A stretch of 64,000 bases of DNA from Candidatus Obscuribacterales bacterium. GTDB lineage: Bacteria > Cyanobacteriota > Vampirovibrionia > Obscuribacterales > Obscuribacteraceae. Below the pieces are notes generated by a model. It searched no databases. It saw only the letters and a list, made by a program, of their open reading frames with translations, and was not told the origin of the DNA. The stretch lies in assembly GCA_965228855.1 (NCBI GenBank), contig CBDDIJ010000003.1, positions 3,392,001-3,456,000 of the forward strand. The letters run 5' to 3'. The translations under genes and the position numbers were made by a program. Positions 1-10,570 of the stretch are shown here, in pieces (the first letter of the stretch is position 1; each line of letters opens with the position of its first letter).

Positions 1-981
1 CTTCAACGAATCCAGATGTTTGTTGATTTGCTCGACTTCTTCTTTGGAGAGCTTAACCCGGTCTGCGATCATGTTTTCTTTGCACTGCTGGGCGTCGCGT
101 GCACCAACAATTGCCGATGTTACACCCGGCTGAGCGATAGTCCAGGCGATAACCAACTGTCCGAGCGTCACATTGTGAGACTCGGCAATGGGTTTGATAT
201 TTTCAAGGAACGCGTTGACGCGCTTGATGTTTTCCGGCTGAAAATGTTTTTCATTGGCGCGGTGATCGCCTTCTTTGAACTTTGCGTCCGGCTTGAATTT
301 GCCTGTAAGCAAGCCGCGTTGAAGGGGACTGTAGACTATCACGCCGATGTTTTCCTTTCGGCAGTACGGCAGCACATCTTTTTCGATGTCGCGGAGAACC
401 ATACTGTAGGGAGGCTGATCGGAGGCAATTGGACAGACCTTGCGAGCTCTCTCCATATCTTCGACAGTAAAATTACTCACGCCCGCCGCCTTGATTTTGC
501 CCTCTTTCAATAGTTGGTTGAGCGCTTCCATGGTCTCCTCCACTGGAGTCGACGAGTCGCGCCAGTGGCACTGATAGAGATCGATATAGTCGGTTCCCAG
601 ACGCTTGAGACTTTGTTCGCATTCATGAATGATGCTCTTTTTGCGAGCGTTGCGATAAATTGTTTTTGCGCCATTCTCCTCGTCGTCCCAATCGAAGAAG
701 TGCTGACCTTCAGTGGAGTCCCATCGCAAGCCGAATTTCGTAAGAATCTGCACTTTATCGCGCTTACCTTTTATTGCCTTACCAACGATTTCCTCGCTGC
801 GACCGTATCCATATATAGCTGCAGTGTCTATCGAGGTTGCACCACCTTCAATACTAGCGTGAATCGCTTCGATGGCGTCCGTCTCTTCTGCGCCGCCCCA
901 CATCCAGCCGCCGATTGCCCAGGCACCAAAAATGATTGCGGAGACCTGAACATCGCTATCACCCAACTGTCGAACTTGCAT
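1..981 (-). CDS. Aldo/keto reductase (3' end runs off the window)
   Basis: Absent from the ORF track because there is no stop in the window. Manual translation from ATG 981 (GGAGG RBS upstream) gives MQVRQLGDSDVQVSAIIFGAWAIGGWMWGG...IDTAAIYGYGRSEEIVG...ILTKFG...SLKRLGTDYIDLYQCHW...GKIKAAGVSNF, with the AKR D-Y-K-H tetrad motifs. Confidence 0.95.
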   Translation of the reverse strand, partial: MQVRQLGDSDVQVSAIIFGAWAIGGWMWGGAEETDAIEAIHASIEGGATSIDTAAIYGYGRSEEIVGKAIKGKRDKVQILTKFGLRWDSTEGQHFFDWDDEENGAKTIYRNARKKSIIHECEQSLKRLGTDYIDLYQCHWRDSSTPVEETMEALNQLLKEGKIKAAGVSNFTVEDMERARKVCPIASDQPPYSMVLRDIEKDVLPYCRKENIGVIVYSPLQRGLLTGKFKPDAKFKEGDHRANEKHFQPENIKRVNAFLENIKPIAESHNVTLGQLVIAWTIAQPGVTSAIVGARDAQQCKENMIADRVKLSKEEVEQINKHLDSLK

Positions 982-1021
982 CCCAACCTCCTTCTCTAGT
1001 AGTTGAACCCAGTACCGCTGC

Positions 1022-1037
1022 TTGCGAACGTTCGCAA
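1022..1037. promoter_or_regulatory. Perfect 16-bp palindrome TTGCGAACGTTCGCAA between the RND gene and the AKR gene
   Basis: Seen directly about 40 bp upstream of the AKR start; function (operator or hairpin) unknown. Confidence 0.35.
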
Positions 1038-1054
1038 ATGCGCGCGTGGTTTAA

Positions 1055-4000
1055 TCAATGACGGTCCGAATGCACCACATCCGGCTCAGTCTTCTCTTCA
1101 GTGTCTATGGATTTCTTCGGCGCATTTCCCGTTTTTTTGAAAAGGTGAGCGATCGAATCCTTTAGAACGTAAACAACCGGAACAACATACAAGCTCATGA
1201 TCGAAGAAACGATCATTCCGCCGCACACCGCCGTTCCCAGAGAGTGACGGCTGTTTGCACCAGCGCCTTCAGCGAAGACCAGAGGAATAATACCCATTAC
1301 GAAGGCGAAGGTGGTCATGAGGATAGGACGAAGTCGGATAGTTGCCCCCTGCACGACTGCCTCGTGAGCAGGAAGCCCTTCCCGCTTCAAATGATTAGCG
1401 AACTCGACAATCAGGATCGCGTTTTTACAAACCAAACCGATCAGCATCACAAGTCCAATCTGACAGAAAACATCGTTCTGCAAACCTCGAAGGTATTGGG
1501 CGGCGATGGCTCCGAAAAGTGCGGTAGGAACTGTCACGAGGATGATGACCGGATCAGAAAAGCTCTCGTATTGTGCAGCGAGTACTAAAAACACGAATGT
1601 GATACCGAGTCCGAACAAAATAATCGCTTGCGAGCCGGCCTCGATCTGTTCAAGAGAAATACCCGCCCAACGATACGTCATCGTGGCTGGAAGGACTTCA
1701 TTCGCCAGTTTTTCCATAGCCGCCATCGCCTGCCCTGAGCTGAATCCCGGTGCAGCGGATCCGTTGATCTCAGTTGCGCGGAAAAGATTGTAGTGGTTTA
1801 TGGATTGAGGAGCTGTGGTCTCTGACAACTTGACGAGGTTCGATAGCGGTATCATCTGACCGGACATGCTCGTGACGTAGAACTTCGTGATGTCGTTCGG
1901 ATTGGAACGGAATTTGCTATCAGCCTGCACGTATACGCGGTAAACGCGAGTACCGATGTCGATATCGTTGACGTAAAAGGAACCTATATAGGTTTGCAAC
2001 GTATCGAAAATTTCGGCAAGATTGACGTTGAGAGTTTTAGCCTTATTGCGATCAACCTCGACTTGCACCTGTGGACTGTTTGCTGCAAAGCCGGAAAACA
2101 CGCCAGCCAAGCCAGGCGTCTGGTTAGCTTTAGCACAAATTTCATTGGTTGCTTTTTCAAGGTCACCAATATTGGTACCACTCTGGTCCAGGACTTCAAA
2201 AACGAAACCACCGAAGTTTCCCAACCCTTCAATCGCAGGTGGATTGAACGGTATGACGCGAGCGTTGGTCACTCCCGCCAGCGGCCCGCGAACTCGATTG
2301 ATTATGGCGTCCAGGGATTGATCATGTCCGCGCCTGTGGTCCCATGGATGCAGGTTCGAGAACAAGATGCCGTTGCTTGGCTTATTGCCAGCAAAACTGA
2401 AACCAGCAACACCGAACGTTGAATGAATTTCGGGAATTCCCTCGAATATCTTCTCGACTTTCTTGATTGTCTCGACGGTGTAATTCAGCGAAACCCCCTC
2501 CGGGGCCTGAACGAGGGTAATGAAATAGCCCTTGTCCTCATCGGGAATGAAGGAACTCGGAACAAGCTGAAATAGATACCAGGTCGCTGCCATCGTGGCC
2601 ACGAATAAAATCAAAGCAAACGCTTTCAGTTTTAACGTCCATTCAAGCGTGACTCGGTATGCATCCTTTACAAGGTCCAGCAATTTGTTGAATGAACGGA
2701 AGAAAAAGTTGTTATTGGCTGCATCATGATCTTCGGCTTTGAGCCACAGAGCAGAAAGCGCCGGGGTTAGAGTCAATGCTGTGAATGCTGAGATCGAAAC
2801 AGAACATGCGATGGTCAAGGCGAACTGCTTATACAACTGACCGGTAGTGCCTGGAAAAAATGCGACCGGAATAAATACGGCGACAAGCACGAGAGAAATC
2901 GCGACAACGGCGCTTGCAACTTCACGCATCGCTTCTCTAGCCGCGTTGAACGCAGAAAGGCCTCTCTCCGCCATCAGCCGGCTTATGTTCTCAATTACAA
3001 CGATCGCGTCGTCAACCACAAGTCCGGTGGCAAGCACTAAACCGAACAACGTCAGGGTGTTGATTGAAAAACCAAGAGCTTGCATGCAAGCGAACGTTCC
3101 GACAAGCGAAACGGGAATTGTGAAAACAGGTATCAGGGTACTGCGCCAGTTCTGCAAGAAGACAAAAATAGTCAGAACGACAAGACCAATAGCCTGGGCA
3201 AGTGTAAACAGCACTTCGCGTATCGATTCGGTAACAGCGAGCGTCGTGTCAAAAGCATATTCATATTTGATACCAGGCGGCAATTTCTTTGCCAGACGAG
3301 CCATCTCGGCGCGCACGCCTTTTACGACCTCAAGGGCGTTCGAGCCCGGACGCTGCATGATGCCGATACCAACTGTTTCCTGTCCGCGATACCTAACAAT
3401 AGTTTGATAGTCCTCAGCGCCCAGTTCGGCTCGACCAATATCACTTAAGTGAATGATGGTGCCATCCTTGCCAGTCCGGATGATCAAGTCCTCAAACTCG
3501 GCTGCCGACTTCAATCGACCGAGCACACGCACGCTCATCTGATACATTTGACTTGATGGATTGGGCGGCTGTCCGATTTGACCGGCGGCGACCTGAACGT
3601 TCTGTTCTCGAATGGCGTTCACGACCTCTCGAGTTGAAACCTTATTTTGCGCCATTTTTCGAGGGTCTAGCCAGATGCGCATGCAATACTTTCGTTCACC
3701 AAATATGATGACATCGCCGACGCCGTTTACGCGCTTCAGTGCGTCCTTGATATATACATCGGTGTAATTGCTCAAGAATTGCGAAGTATATTTGTCACCA
3801 GGAGCGGTTAATCCGATCGCCAGAAGAAAGGCTGATGAGACCTTTTCGACCGCAACGCCGGTTCTGCGAACTTCGTCTGGAAGCCTTCCTTCAGCTTTAG
3901 CGACTCGACTTTGAACATCGACTGAAGCCAGGTCGGGATCGCGTTCCAAATCAAACGTAATACTGATCTGGGAAGTTCCGTCATTGCCGCTTGCCGATGT

Positions 4001-4237
4001 AATGTACTTGCCCTGCTGAATACCGTTGACTTGCTGTTCCAGAATGGTCGTGACAGCGGATTCCACGACTTGAGAATTGGCGCCGATGTAGTTTGACGTG
4101 ACAGTAACGCGCGGCGGCGCTACTTCCGGATATTGCGAGAGTGGCAAAATCGGAATACTGACGGCACCGGCAAGGACAATAATGAGCGCACAAACCGTTG
4201 CGAAAATCGGTCGCTTGATGAAGAAGTCTAGATTCAT
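1055..4237 (-). CDS. RND efflux permease, HAE1/AcrB family
   Basis: MNLDFFIKRPIFA start (GGAGA RBS), GLVVDDAIVVIEN, GLVCKNAILIVEFA and RLRPILMT motifs; about 1060 aa. Confidence 0.97.
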   Translation of the reverse strand: MNLDFFIKRPIFATVCALIIVLAGAVSIPILPLSQYPEVAPPRVTVTSNYIGANSQVVESAVTTILEQQVNGIQQGKYITSASGNDGTSQISITFDLERDPDLASVDVQSRVAKAEGRLPDEVRRTGVAVEKVSSAFLLAIGLTAPGDKYTSQFLSNYTDVYIKDALKRVNGVGDVIIFGERKYCMRIWLDPRKMAQNKVSTREVVNAIREQNVQVAAGQIGQPPNPSSQMYQMSVRVLGRLKSAAEFEDLIIRTGKDGTIIHLSDIGRAELGAEDYQTIVRYRGQETVGIGIMQRPGSNALEVVKGVRAEMARLAKKLPPGIKYEYAFDTTLAVTESIREVLFTLAQAIGLVVLTIFVFLQNWRSTLIPVFTIPVSLVGTFACMQALGFSINTLTLFGLVLATGLVVDDAIVVIENISRLMAERGLSAFNAAREAMREVASAVVAISLVLVAVFIPVAFFPGTTGQLYKQFALTIACSVSISAFTALTLTPALSALWLKAEDHDAANNNFFFRSFNKLLDLVKDAYRVTLEWTLKLKAFALILFVATMAATWYLFQLVPSSFIPDEDKGYFITLVQAPEGVSLNYTVETIKKVEKIFEGIPEIHSTFGVAGFSFAGNKPSNGILFSNLHPWDHRRGHDQSLDAIINRVRGPLAGVTNARVIPFNPPAIEGLGNFGGFVFEVLDQSGTNIGDLEKATNEICAKANQTPGLAGVFSGFAANSPQVQVEVDRNKAKTLNVNLAEIFDTLQTYIGSFYVNDIDIGTRVYRVYVQADSKFRSNPNDITKFYVTSMSGQMIPLSNLVKLSETTAPQSINHYNLFRATEINGSAAPGFSSGQAMAAMEKLANEVLPATMTYRWAGISLEQIEAGSQAIILFGLGITFVFLVLAAQYESFSDPVIILVTVPTALFGAIAAQYLRGLQNDVFCQIGLVMLIGLVCKNAILIVEFANHLKREGLPAHEAVVQGATIRLRPILMTTFAFVMGIIPLVFAEGAGANSRHSLGTAVCGGMIVSSIMSLYVVPVVYVLKDSIAHLFKKTGNAPKKSIDTEEKTEPDVVHSDRH

Positions 4238-4250
4238 CGTTCTCCTCGCC

Positions 4251-5477
4251 TTACGACGCAGGGCTGATTGGCGAGCCATCAGCCAGGTTCATAATTCCGG
4301 ATGTGACGATCTGGTCACCAGCGCTAACGCCGGTAATGACCTGGTATTCATTATCTTTGATAGGTCCGAGTTTGACCGCGCGCTGCGAGGCTGTCAATTT
4401 TCCATCGTTGCCTTTTTTGGCGACAAACACAAACTCCTGTCCACTAAATCGGCTCACGGCGGTGACAGGTATGGTAACGGCGTTCACACGCCCCCAGATA
4501 ATCCGGCAGTTAGCGGTCTGCCCGGAACGCAGTCGACCTGTAGCATTCGGCAACTCCGCTTTCACTAAGACGGTTTGTTGGTTCGAATCGACCTGACTGG
4601 AGATGAAAAAAATCTTTGCGGCCTCGACGGTTTTGCCGGTATCATCCACGATATCAGCCAGCAATCCGATTCGCAGCTTAGATGAAATCGACGTAGGCAC
4701 ATTTACATAAACTTCAAGAGGTTTCGTCTGGTCAACCGTCGTGAGGGTCGTTTCCGTCGTCACATAGTCACCGATGCGAACCGGGACGTCGCCAACCATT
4801 CCGGCAAACGGCGCTCTGACCGTATAGTACTTGAGTTGCTCCAGCTGCTCGTGTTTTGCCGCTTTAGCCTGGCTGATCAGTTTGGCAGCCCGCGCAACTT
4901 GAGCCTCCTGAGCGTTTATCTGTGCATCCACAGCTTCAAGTTCCGCACGACAGATGGAAAGGTTGTTGCCTTTTTCATCTTTGCTCTCAGCTGAAACAGC
5001 ACCGTCTTCCAGCAAAGCCTTATATCTCTTGAACTGGGTCTCGGCAAATTGCAGATTGGCAACCTTCGTCATACGGCTTGCCTTCAACGATTTGAGAGTC
5101 GCCTCAGCGTTCTTCTCCTCTGCGAAAGCCGACTCAATGGCGGCATCGGTATTCTCGACCAGCGTCTCCTGTTTGCTCTTGTCGAGAACCATTAGCGGTT
5201 TCCCGGCAGCGACAAGGTCTCCGCTTCGCGCGTTGATTTCGAGCAGCCGCCCTTCCACCTGCGGCTTTAGATTCACCGATTTACGAGACTTCAGGGTTGC
5301 AACGAAGGTTGACGCGTCATCTAAAGTTTTCTCAGAGACGGTCTGGAGTTGCACAGGCATCGCCGGTATAACTGGTGGCGCAGCAGTTTGCGCCGAAGGA
5401 GCGCAGCCCTGAAGCGCGATACAGTTCGCGAAAATTAAAGCTGATAGTGTGAACCACTTAAGGTTGAAGGATGCCAT
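4251..5477 (-). CDS. RND efflux periplasmic adaptor (membrane fusion protein), probable lipoprotein
   Basis: Lipobox-like LQGC, lipoyl half-motifs (LKPQVEGRL, VRAPFAGMVG), coiled-coil hairpin; directly upstream of the RND permease. Confidence 0.95.
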   Translation of the reverse strand: MASFNLKWFTLSALIFANCIALQGCAPSAQTAAPPVIPAMPVQLQTVSEKTLDDASTFVATLKSRKSVNLKPQVEGRLLEINARSGDLVAAGKPLMVLDKSKQETLVENTDAAIESAFAEEKNAEATLKSLKASRMTKVANLQFAETQFKRYKALLEDGAVSAESKDEKGNNLSICRAELEAVDAQINAQEAQVARAAKLISQAKAAKHEQLEQLKYYTVRAPFAGMVGDVPVRIGDYVTTETTLTTVDQTKPLEVYVNVPTSISSKLRIGLLADIVDDTGKTVEAAKIFFISSQVDSNQQTVLVKAELPNATGRLRSGQTANCRIIWGRVNAVTIPVTAVSRFSGQEFVFVAKKGNDGKLTASQRAVKLGPIKDNEYQVITGVSAGDQIVTSGIMNLADGSPISPAS

Positions 5478-5660
5478 ATTCGGCGCCTCGCTGGGAAGCC
5501 CGGTACGAAAAGTATACAGCGGCTGGCTGTCGTTATGATCGGGATGTTAATTGGATTTTTGCCAGGATTTGTGCCAGTTTCGCAACCTTTGCCACAGTCA
5601 TTTTCTCCAAATGGCGCCAAGAATGTACAATTACGGTTTCTTTCTCCACGGTTTCGCAAC

Positions 5661-6932
5661 ATGCGGACAGTAATGCGGAAGCCTCACATACACCTTCAAA
5701 ATTCAAAGAATTCCGCTACAACCACGGATACAATCGACAGCAATCGTCGTTTCGAACGAAACGAGCTGACCTGGACCGGCTACCTTTTATATGGATACTG
5801 GTCGTACTTGTGGGCAGCATTTGGCGCATTCGTGCCGTTCCTGATTTCCGAATTCAAGATAGACTACGCGACGGCAGCTTTGCACTTCAGCGCTCTGGCC
5901 TTCGGTCCGTTTGTCTCGGGATTCTTTGGCGATAAGATTATTCGAGGCTTGGGTTTAGCCAAAACCATCAAGCTCGGAATTGTGATAATGCTCGGCGGAG
6001 CCCTGCTCACCATAACCGGACGAGAACTCTGGTGCACCATATCCGGTGCGCTACTGATTGGCTTTGGCGGCAACATCATGAGTCAATCGCTCACATCATC
6101 AATGTCGGAACGCTTTGGAAAAGAACGCGCCATCGGTATATCCGAAATTCAATTGATTGGCAGCGTGTTCACCCTGCTCGGTCCGCTCGTAGTCAGTACG
6201 GTCTGCAAGTTCGGACTGGGTTGGAGAAACGCGCTCGGGTATTCATTGGTCGCCGCCTTGCTACTTTTGGTCGTCTGTCGTAATTCGTTGAAACAACTGC
6301 CCACGGCATCAGAACAGAAGAAAGCAGCGCAACTCTCATCCAGATTGTCACCAACCTACTGGCTGTTTTTCACAGTTATATTTTTCAGCGTTGCCAGCGA
6401 GTGGTCGATCGCATTCTGGTGCCCGGAATTCCTTGGTAAAACGTTCAATCTTTCCAAACCAGACGCCGCTTTCGGCATGAGCCTCTTCGTGTCGGCAATG
6501 ATCGCAGGCCGAATGCTCGGGCCGAGACTACTGAAATACATTTCGGAATCAAAACTGCTTGCAACGTCGGCAACGCTCGCCGCTGCAGGCTTTCTAGCCT
6601 TCTGGCTGGCACGAGATCTGCCTGTCAACTTGATTGGTCTATTCATTCTTGGACTGGGCGAATCGAATGTTTATCCGCTTTGTTTGTCTCAAGCGATTGC
6701 CTCGAGCTCTGGCACGGTAGAAAAAGCAGCCGCTCGCATGTCACTAAGCACGGGCAGCGCCATCCTGCTAGCACCTCTCCTTCTGGGTATGCTGGCTGAC
6801 AAAATCGGCATAAAAAATTCGTATGGCATGATTGCATGCAGCCTGATTTTGGCAGCTATCTCAGTCGTAATAGTTCAAACATTCGCCATGAAACAAAAAG
6901 GCGAAGCACCGGCTTTGCAAACTGCGACTTAG
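5661..6932 (+). CDS. MFS transporter
   Basis: About 12 hydrophobic segments, motif-A-like GFFGDKIIRGLG and GMLADKIG; start uncertain (ORF opens at 5535). Confidence 0.88.
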   Translation: MRTVMRKPHIHLQNSKNSATTTDTIDSNRRFERNELTWTGYLLYGYWSYLWAAFGAFVPFLISEFKIDYATAALHFSALAFGPFVSGFFGDKIIRGLGLAKTIKLGIVIMLGGALLTITGRELWCTISGALLIGFGGNIMSQSLTSSMSERFGKERAIGISEIQLIGSVFTLLGPLVVSTVCKFGLGWRNALGYSLVAALLLLVVCRNSLKQLPTASEQKKAAQLSSRLSPTYWLFFTVIFFSVASEWSIAFWCPEFLGKTFNLSKPDAAFGMSLFVSAMIAGRMLGPRLLKYISESKLLATSATLAAAGFLAFWLARDLPVNLIGLFILGLGESNVYPLCLSQAIASSSGTVEKAAARMSLSTGSAILLAPLLLGMLADKIGIKNSYGMIACSLILAAISVVIVQTFAMKQKGEAPALQTAT

Positions 6933-6972
6933 GACTGCAACGTAGAACTGCAACGTTGTACAGCAACGTTGG
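6921..6972. repeat. Four imperfect 13-bp tandem repeats (core ACTGCAACGT)
   Basis: actgcgacttagg / actgcaacgtaga / actgcaacgttgt / acagcaacgttgg between convergent genes. Confidence 0.7.
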
Positions 6973-6982
6973 AATTTTGCAA

Positions 6983-8758
6983 TCACCTGGTTTCGCTTAC
7001 CGAGCTTACCTCGCCAAGCCCCGTCTCACCGACCGCCCTGATTCTAAAATAGTATGAGGAGTCTACGTTCAGTGAGTGCAGCGCTTGCTTAGTGTCATAC
7101 ACAAGTATGGAACTGTACAGCTTGTCCGGCTTAACACCGAAGGTTACTTCGTAAGCGTAGGCGTTGGGAACTTTGTCCCAGGTAAGCATTACATTGCGGC
7201 GGTCCGAATCATTGCGCACAACGTTGAAGTTATCTACACTGGCGGGCACCGCGCCTGGTGCTCGCCCAAAAACGCGAAGATCGCTAATGGCAAAGTGTCC
7301 AGTCGGCATTTCTAGATTTACGAGTTTGAGAAATTGCGTACGAACCGGCTCGGACAGTTCCACATAATCGTGCGGGACGTCCCTGGTGTTTTGACTTTTG
7401 TCGACCAACAATGTCCAATCTTTCCCATTCTCAGACTGGAAAATTTGATAGCGATGTTTCACTCCGAGATGTTTTTTTCGAAATGCGACGGCCTCGTCTG
7501 CATAGTTTATTTGTATGGCGTGAACATCGCAAGGCTTGCCGAGGTCGACTGCGAGAAACTGGTCATCATCTCCACTGGGCGCGGTCCAGTAGGTTTTAAT
7601 ATCCTCATCGAAAGCAAGGGCGGTATCACTAAAATGCTGTGATGCCCATGATTTTTTCTTATAAGAGAGCAGCGTCCAGCCCTTAAAAGTTTGCTGTTGA
7701 TTGCGTTTTCCGGTCGCGAGGGTCTGAGGGTAATCACCGAATGCGGTGTTAGCCCACATGACGCCATCCTTATCGACTCCGGCAGGAAATAAACCAAGGC
7801 GACGCTCAAAGGTCTGCTTTACGCTGATGACCATGGTGGCGACGTGCCAAAGATTGTCGAACCGGTCAGTGAATGTAGAACCGTGACCTGCACCGCGGGC
7901 GAAACCAGTCGGCTTCCAGGAAAACGGATTGTGCTCCTGATATGTAAACGGTCCAAGCGGCTTATCGGAAACGTAGACGCCATCACCATAGACATTCCAT
8001 TCGGTTCCCGGCGCACCATACTGCAGGTAGTACTTTCCGTTAACCTTATTGACCCAAGCACCTTCCATGAACGGATCCATCTTGCCATTCTGGTTGTCTT
8101 CACCGAACTGCTCCCAACCGTGCTTTTTCGGATCGAGCTTCAACAACTCAACGCGATTTCCAATCGCTTTATAGCCATTATCAGGATCAAGCTCGACGCC
8201 ATAGAGCGGATACAAATTGCTTGACCCCCAGTAAAGATAAAGCTTACCGTCATCGTCTTCGAAGAAACTGGGATCCCATGCCTGAATCGGAAATTCTTTG
8301 ACAGCCTCGGTCCATTTATTGCCAGCCAGATCCGTACTCAAGTACAGAGGCATCGTGTCTTTCTCCGTGAAACACGGCAAAAACAGGACGCCTTTTTTCG
8401 TTGGCCAGGCGCCCGGCGCGCAAACATCGTCCATGGATGCGTTCTGTTTAAAATTATGAGGAATAAAGTTCCAGGTAGCCATGTCGTTTTTCGAGCACCA
8501 GTATCCCTCCTGGTTCGTTGAAAACAGGAAGTACTTTCCTTTGTACATGAAAGCGACGGGGTCAGCAGTGGACCGATGATTCAAGCGCTTGTCACGAGTA
8601 TGGAGTTCGAAATCGTAATCCAGGTTCATCGGATTGCAGAAGGTAGTCGGCACTTCCAGTACTTTTGGTTTCGCCAGTGCTGGAGACGAAGAAAGGGAGA
8701 CTAGAACGACGGTAGATAAGAGCGTCTTATTTATTGCTGACAATCGCATGAAAACCAT
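6983..8758 (-). CDS. Secreted GH43 glycoside hydrolase with F5/8 type C (discoidin) and FN3 domains
   Basis: Signal peptide; STADP, WDPSFFEDDDGKLYLYWG, FMEGAW and GAGHGS GH43 motifs; LAVDLG...YQIFQSENGKDW discoidin; C-terminal YYFRIRAV FN3. Confidence 0.92.
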   Translation of the reverse strand: MVFMRLSAINKTLLSTVVLVSLSSSPALAKPKVLEVPTTFCNPMNLDYDFELHTRDKRLNHRSTADPVAFMYKGKYFLFSTNQEGYWCSKNDMATWNFIPHNFKQNASMDDVCAPGAWPTKKGVLFLPCFTEKDTMPLYLSTDLAGNKWTEAVKEFPIQAWDPSFFEDDDGKLYLYWGSSNLYPLYGVELDPDNGYKAIGNRVELLKLDPKKHGWEQFGEDNQNGKMDPFMEGAWVNKVNGKYYLQYGAPGTEWNVYGDGVYVSDKPLGPFTYQEHNPFSWKPTGFARGAGHGSTFTDRFDNLWHVATMVISVKQTFERRLGLFPAGVDKDGVMWANTAFGDYPQTLATGKRNQQQTFKGWTLLSYKKKSWASQHFSDTALAFDEDIKTYWTAPSGDDDQFLAVDLGKPCDVHAIQINYADEAVAFRKKHLGVKHRYQIFQSENGKDWTLLVDKSQNTRDVPHDYVELSEPVRTQFLKLVNLEMPTGHFAISDLRVFGRAPGAVPASVDNFNVVRNDSDRRNVMLTWDKVPNAYAYEVTFGVKPDKLYSSILVYDTKQALHSLNVDSSYYFRIRAVGETGLGEVSSVSETR

Positions 8759-8860
8759 ACTCGCAATTGGGAGTTATCCATGCGATTTTAAACGACTGGA
8801 AACCAAAATACCCGTATACTATCGACATCAAAAACCCCGTGGATAGCCAGGAGAAGCCAA

Positions 8861-9352
8861 GTGAAGCGTTTTGTTGTCATGTCGTTAATTGCATTAAGTG
8901 TAGCGATTCCAGGAGCAGCGGTTTTGGCACCATATGCAATGGCAGGTGAAGCACCGCCAAAAACAGTTTTTAAAGACAAGACTCAGCGCGCAAAACTTTT
9001 AGGTAAACACATGTTGTCGCTGCAATGGTTGCAATTCCAAAAAGCGATGTATGGGACAGCGACCATTGAAGACAGAGGCGGGGTGCTGTACTTGAAAGGC
9101 GAGCAAGTTAATAAAGGCAAAGAAAAGGGATATTTGAAAGTCGAGGGCCGAATCACGGAAGTCGGTAAAAATTCATTCAAGTTTAACGGCACAATCAAGA
9201 CCAGCGTCAGTCACATCAATAACGGCGAAGAGTGTGTGCGTGAAGGAGACATGAACTTTCTTGCCAAGGGAGCGCGCAAGTACTGGCGCCTTCAGGAGAT
9301 GAAAAGCCCTTGCTCTGAAGTCACCGACTATGTCGATGTGTACTTTCACTAA
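8861..9352 (+). CDS. Secreted hypothetical protein
   Basis: GTG start with GGAG RBS, clear signal peptide, beta-rich body with two Cys. Confidence 0.8.
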   Translation: MKRFVVMSLIALSVAIPGAAVLAPYAMAGEAPPKTVFKDKTQRAKLLGKHMLSLQWLQFQKAMYGTATIEDRGGVLYLKGEQVNKGKEKGYLKVEGRITEVGKNSFKFNGTIKTSVSHINNGEECVREGDMNFLAKGARKYWRLQEMKSPCSEVTDYVDVYFH

Positions 9353-9369
9353 AGTTGAGCAGAAAGTTC

Positions 9370-10377
9370 TTATTTCATGATGTCATCAAGAAAGGTTCCA
9401 GAACCGGATGCTGGAGAAATTCTGATTTGCCGCTTAGACATCTCGTAGAAATTTTTGAGATTATCGTCGAGTTTTGATTCGACTCCGAGACGTTCTCTCA
9501 GTGCCGAAGTTGTCCTCCAGCTAGCAACGTCCTTTGCGGTAATACCAGCCGCATTTTCATGAAAGGTCATTCGGAATCTACCCAATCCTATATTTCGGAT
9601 TGCACCGTCAGCAGTATCAAAGCTTGTCAGCAACGAATGGTTGGCGATCATACTGTTAAACATCTGACGCTCTCCGGGGTCGGACGCCTTTGCGGACTCA
9701 CGTTGCAGGTCAGAGATTTTCAGACCAGAGTTAACCGATGGATCGTCCAGATCGGAGAAGTGCTTATCCAGATATTTCATCTCCGAGTCAGCGACACTCT
9801 TGGAACGAAGTTCGTTAAGATTGACACCAATCTCCCTGAGCTCTCGGCGAGATAAGCCTGGGAAACCATCACCTGATTTGGGCAGCTCAGACATATGCTG
9901 GCTCAAGTACGAAAGTATTGCTTTCTCTAGCGGCCCCGCATCTTGGCGGCTTTGTGCATAAGACTCAAATTGCAGAGCAGTGAGACCGTCATTGTCGGTA
10001 ATCTGATCAAAACGGTCCGTCAAATATCCTACCGAGGCGAAAGGCAACGCGGCTTTCGTCAGCGGACTGTCAGCTATTTCTTGAGACGTCTTATCGTCGA
10101 GAAAAAACGTTTTGTTGAAGTAGGGTTGGTCCGGGTAGCGTTCAAATCCGTTTATCGATCTGATGTTCTGAACTCTTCGAATTTCTTCCGGCGTTGTAGG
10201 ATTTTCTCCCAGGTAGATCAAACCGCTCGCCAACCGGTGGCTACCGCCACTCTGCGAATCTTCGTACAGGCTCAAAGAAACTCTAAGCGCCAGATCCGTA
10301 GTTGTTCCATTGTCACCGTTCGAGCCATCTGAAACGTTTTCAGCTTTTCGATGAGCTAACATATCCGGACCAGTCAT
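9370..10377 (-). CDS. Hypothetical protein with degenerate EF-hand-like motifs
   Basis: 335-aa ORF with GAGGGG RBS; recurring motifs FDQITDNDGLTALQF, GDGFPGLSRREL, FSDLDDPSVNSGLKISDL, GITAKDV. Confidence 0.7.
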   Translation of the reverse strand: MTGPDMLAHRKAENVSDGSNGDNGTTTDLALRVSLSLYEDSQSGGSHRLASGLIYLGENPTTPEEIRRVQNIRSINGFERYPDQPYFNKTFFLDDKTSQEIADSPLTKAALPFASVGYLTDRFDQITDNDGLTALQFESYAQSRQDAGPLEKAILSYLSQHMSELPKSGDGFPGLSRRELREIGVNLNELRSKSVADSEMKYLDKHFSDLDDPSVNSGLKISDLQRESAKASDPGERQMFNSMIANHSLLTSFDTADGAIRNIGLGRFRMTFHENAAGITAKDVASWRTTSALRERLGVESKLDDNLKNFYEMSKRQIRISPASGSGTFLDDIMK

Positions 10378-10570
10378 AGCACGCCCCTCACGCCCTAACG
10401 ATCACATGATACGTGCGTGAAGTCACCGCAGCGTGACTGCGGGAACTACGAAAACAGTCCAGCAATCACCGTTTCGAAAGACGATTGCGACAAACGTCAG
10501 CTTTAATTTACGATGATTTTTTTCCTGCGATATTCGGAATTGCAGTAGATTTGAAACTTAACGAGCTCGA

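Noticed and set aside
16..999. Two plus-strand ORFs (165 and 161 aa)
   Set aside because: Antisense shadows of the minus-strand aldo/keto reductase, which has clear motifs and an RBS.
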